This document shows, one piece after another, positions 31,857-32,000 of a stretch of 32,000 nucleotides of DNA (position 1 is the first letter of the stretch; each line of letters begins with the position of its first letter). The notes below the pieces were generated by a model. It worked only from the letters and a program-made list of their open reading frames with translations. It made no database searches and was not told the origin of the DNA. Origin of the DNA: Wolbachia endosymbiont of Litomosoides sigmodontis. Lineage in GTDB: Bacteria > Pseudomonadota > Alphaproteobacteria > Rickettsiales > Anaplasmataceae. The stretch spans positions 210,001-242,000 of the forward strand of contig NZ_CP046577.1 of assembly GCF_013365435.1 (NCBI RefSeq). Reading direction: 5' to 3'. The position numbers and the translations under genes were made by a program.

Positions 31857-32000
31857 ACAGCTCGAGTCTAATATTTTAACTGTTCAAGTGAGCAATGTAT
31901 ACTTGAAATAAAAAGTTTTTTACATCAAGTAATGACATTATAATATACCTGCTACCTTAGGTATTTCTATATAATATATATGGTAAGATGGATAACATCA

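Overview
The window is AT-rich and looks like an Anaplasmataceae chromosome, most likely Wolbachia. That call is an inference from the protein sequences, an ankyrin-repeat pseudogene and the load of dead IS copies. No database search was possible. The coding content is ordinary housekeeping, in blocks: dapE; a 2-Cys peroxiredoxin plus trxB; tRNA-Leu(UAG) followed by the compact tig-clpP-clpX-lon operon; a BON-domain lipoprotein; gshB; murG; two diverged dihydrolipoyl dehydrogenase paralogues, the second overlapping a PQQ/BamB-like beta-propeller gene; surE; ligA; cvpA-ribE; prfA. Between almost every pair of blocks lies a decayed IS630-family insertion sequence. There are seven such loci totalling about 7.7 kb, roughly a quarter of the window, and none keeps an intact transposase. 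I found no CRISPR array, prophage, toxin-antitoxin pair, defence island or other multi-gene candidate system, and I do not claim one. The unusual signals all come from the IS debris. Three loci are IS-in-IS nests in opposite orientation, and two of them form large palindromes whose arms are about 95% and 98% identical, while copies at different loci are only about 70-80% alike. The same transposase codon is a stop codon in all five copies that retain it, using three different stop codons. Weaker observations are two orphan coding remnants next to IS ends and one small hydrophobic ORF preceded by a strong Shine-Dalgarno sequence. All identity figures come from manual alignment and are approximate.
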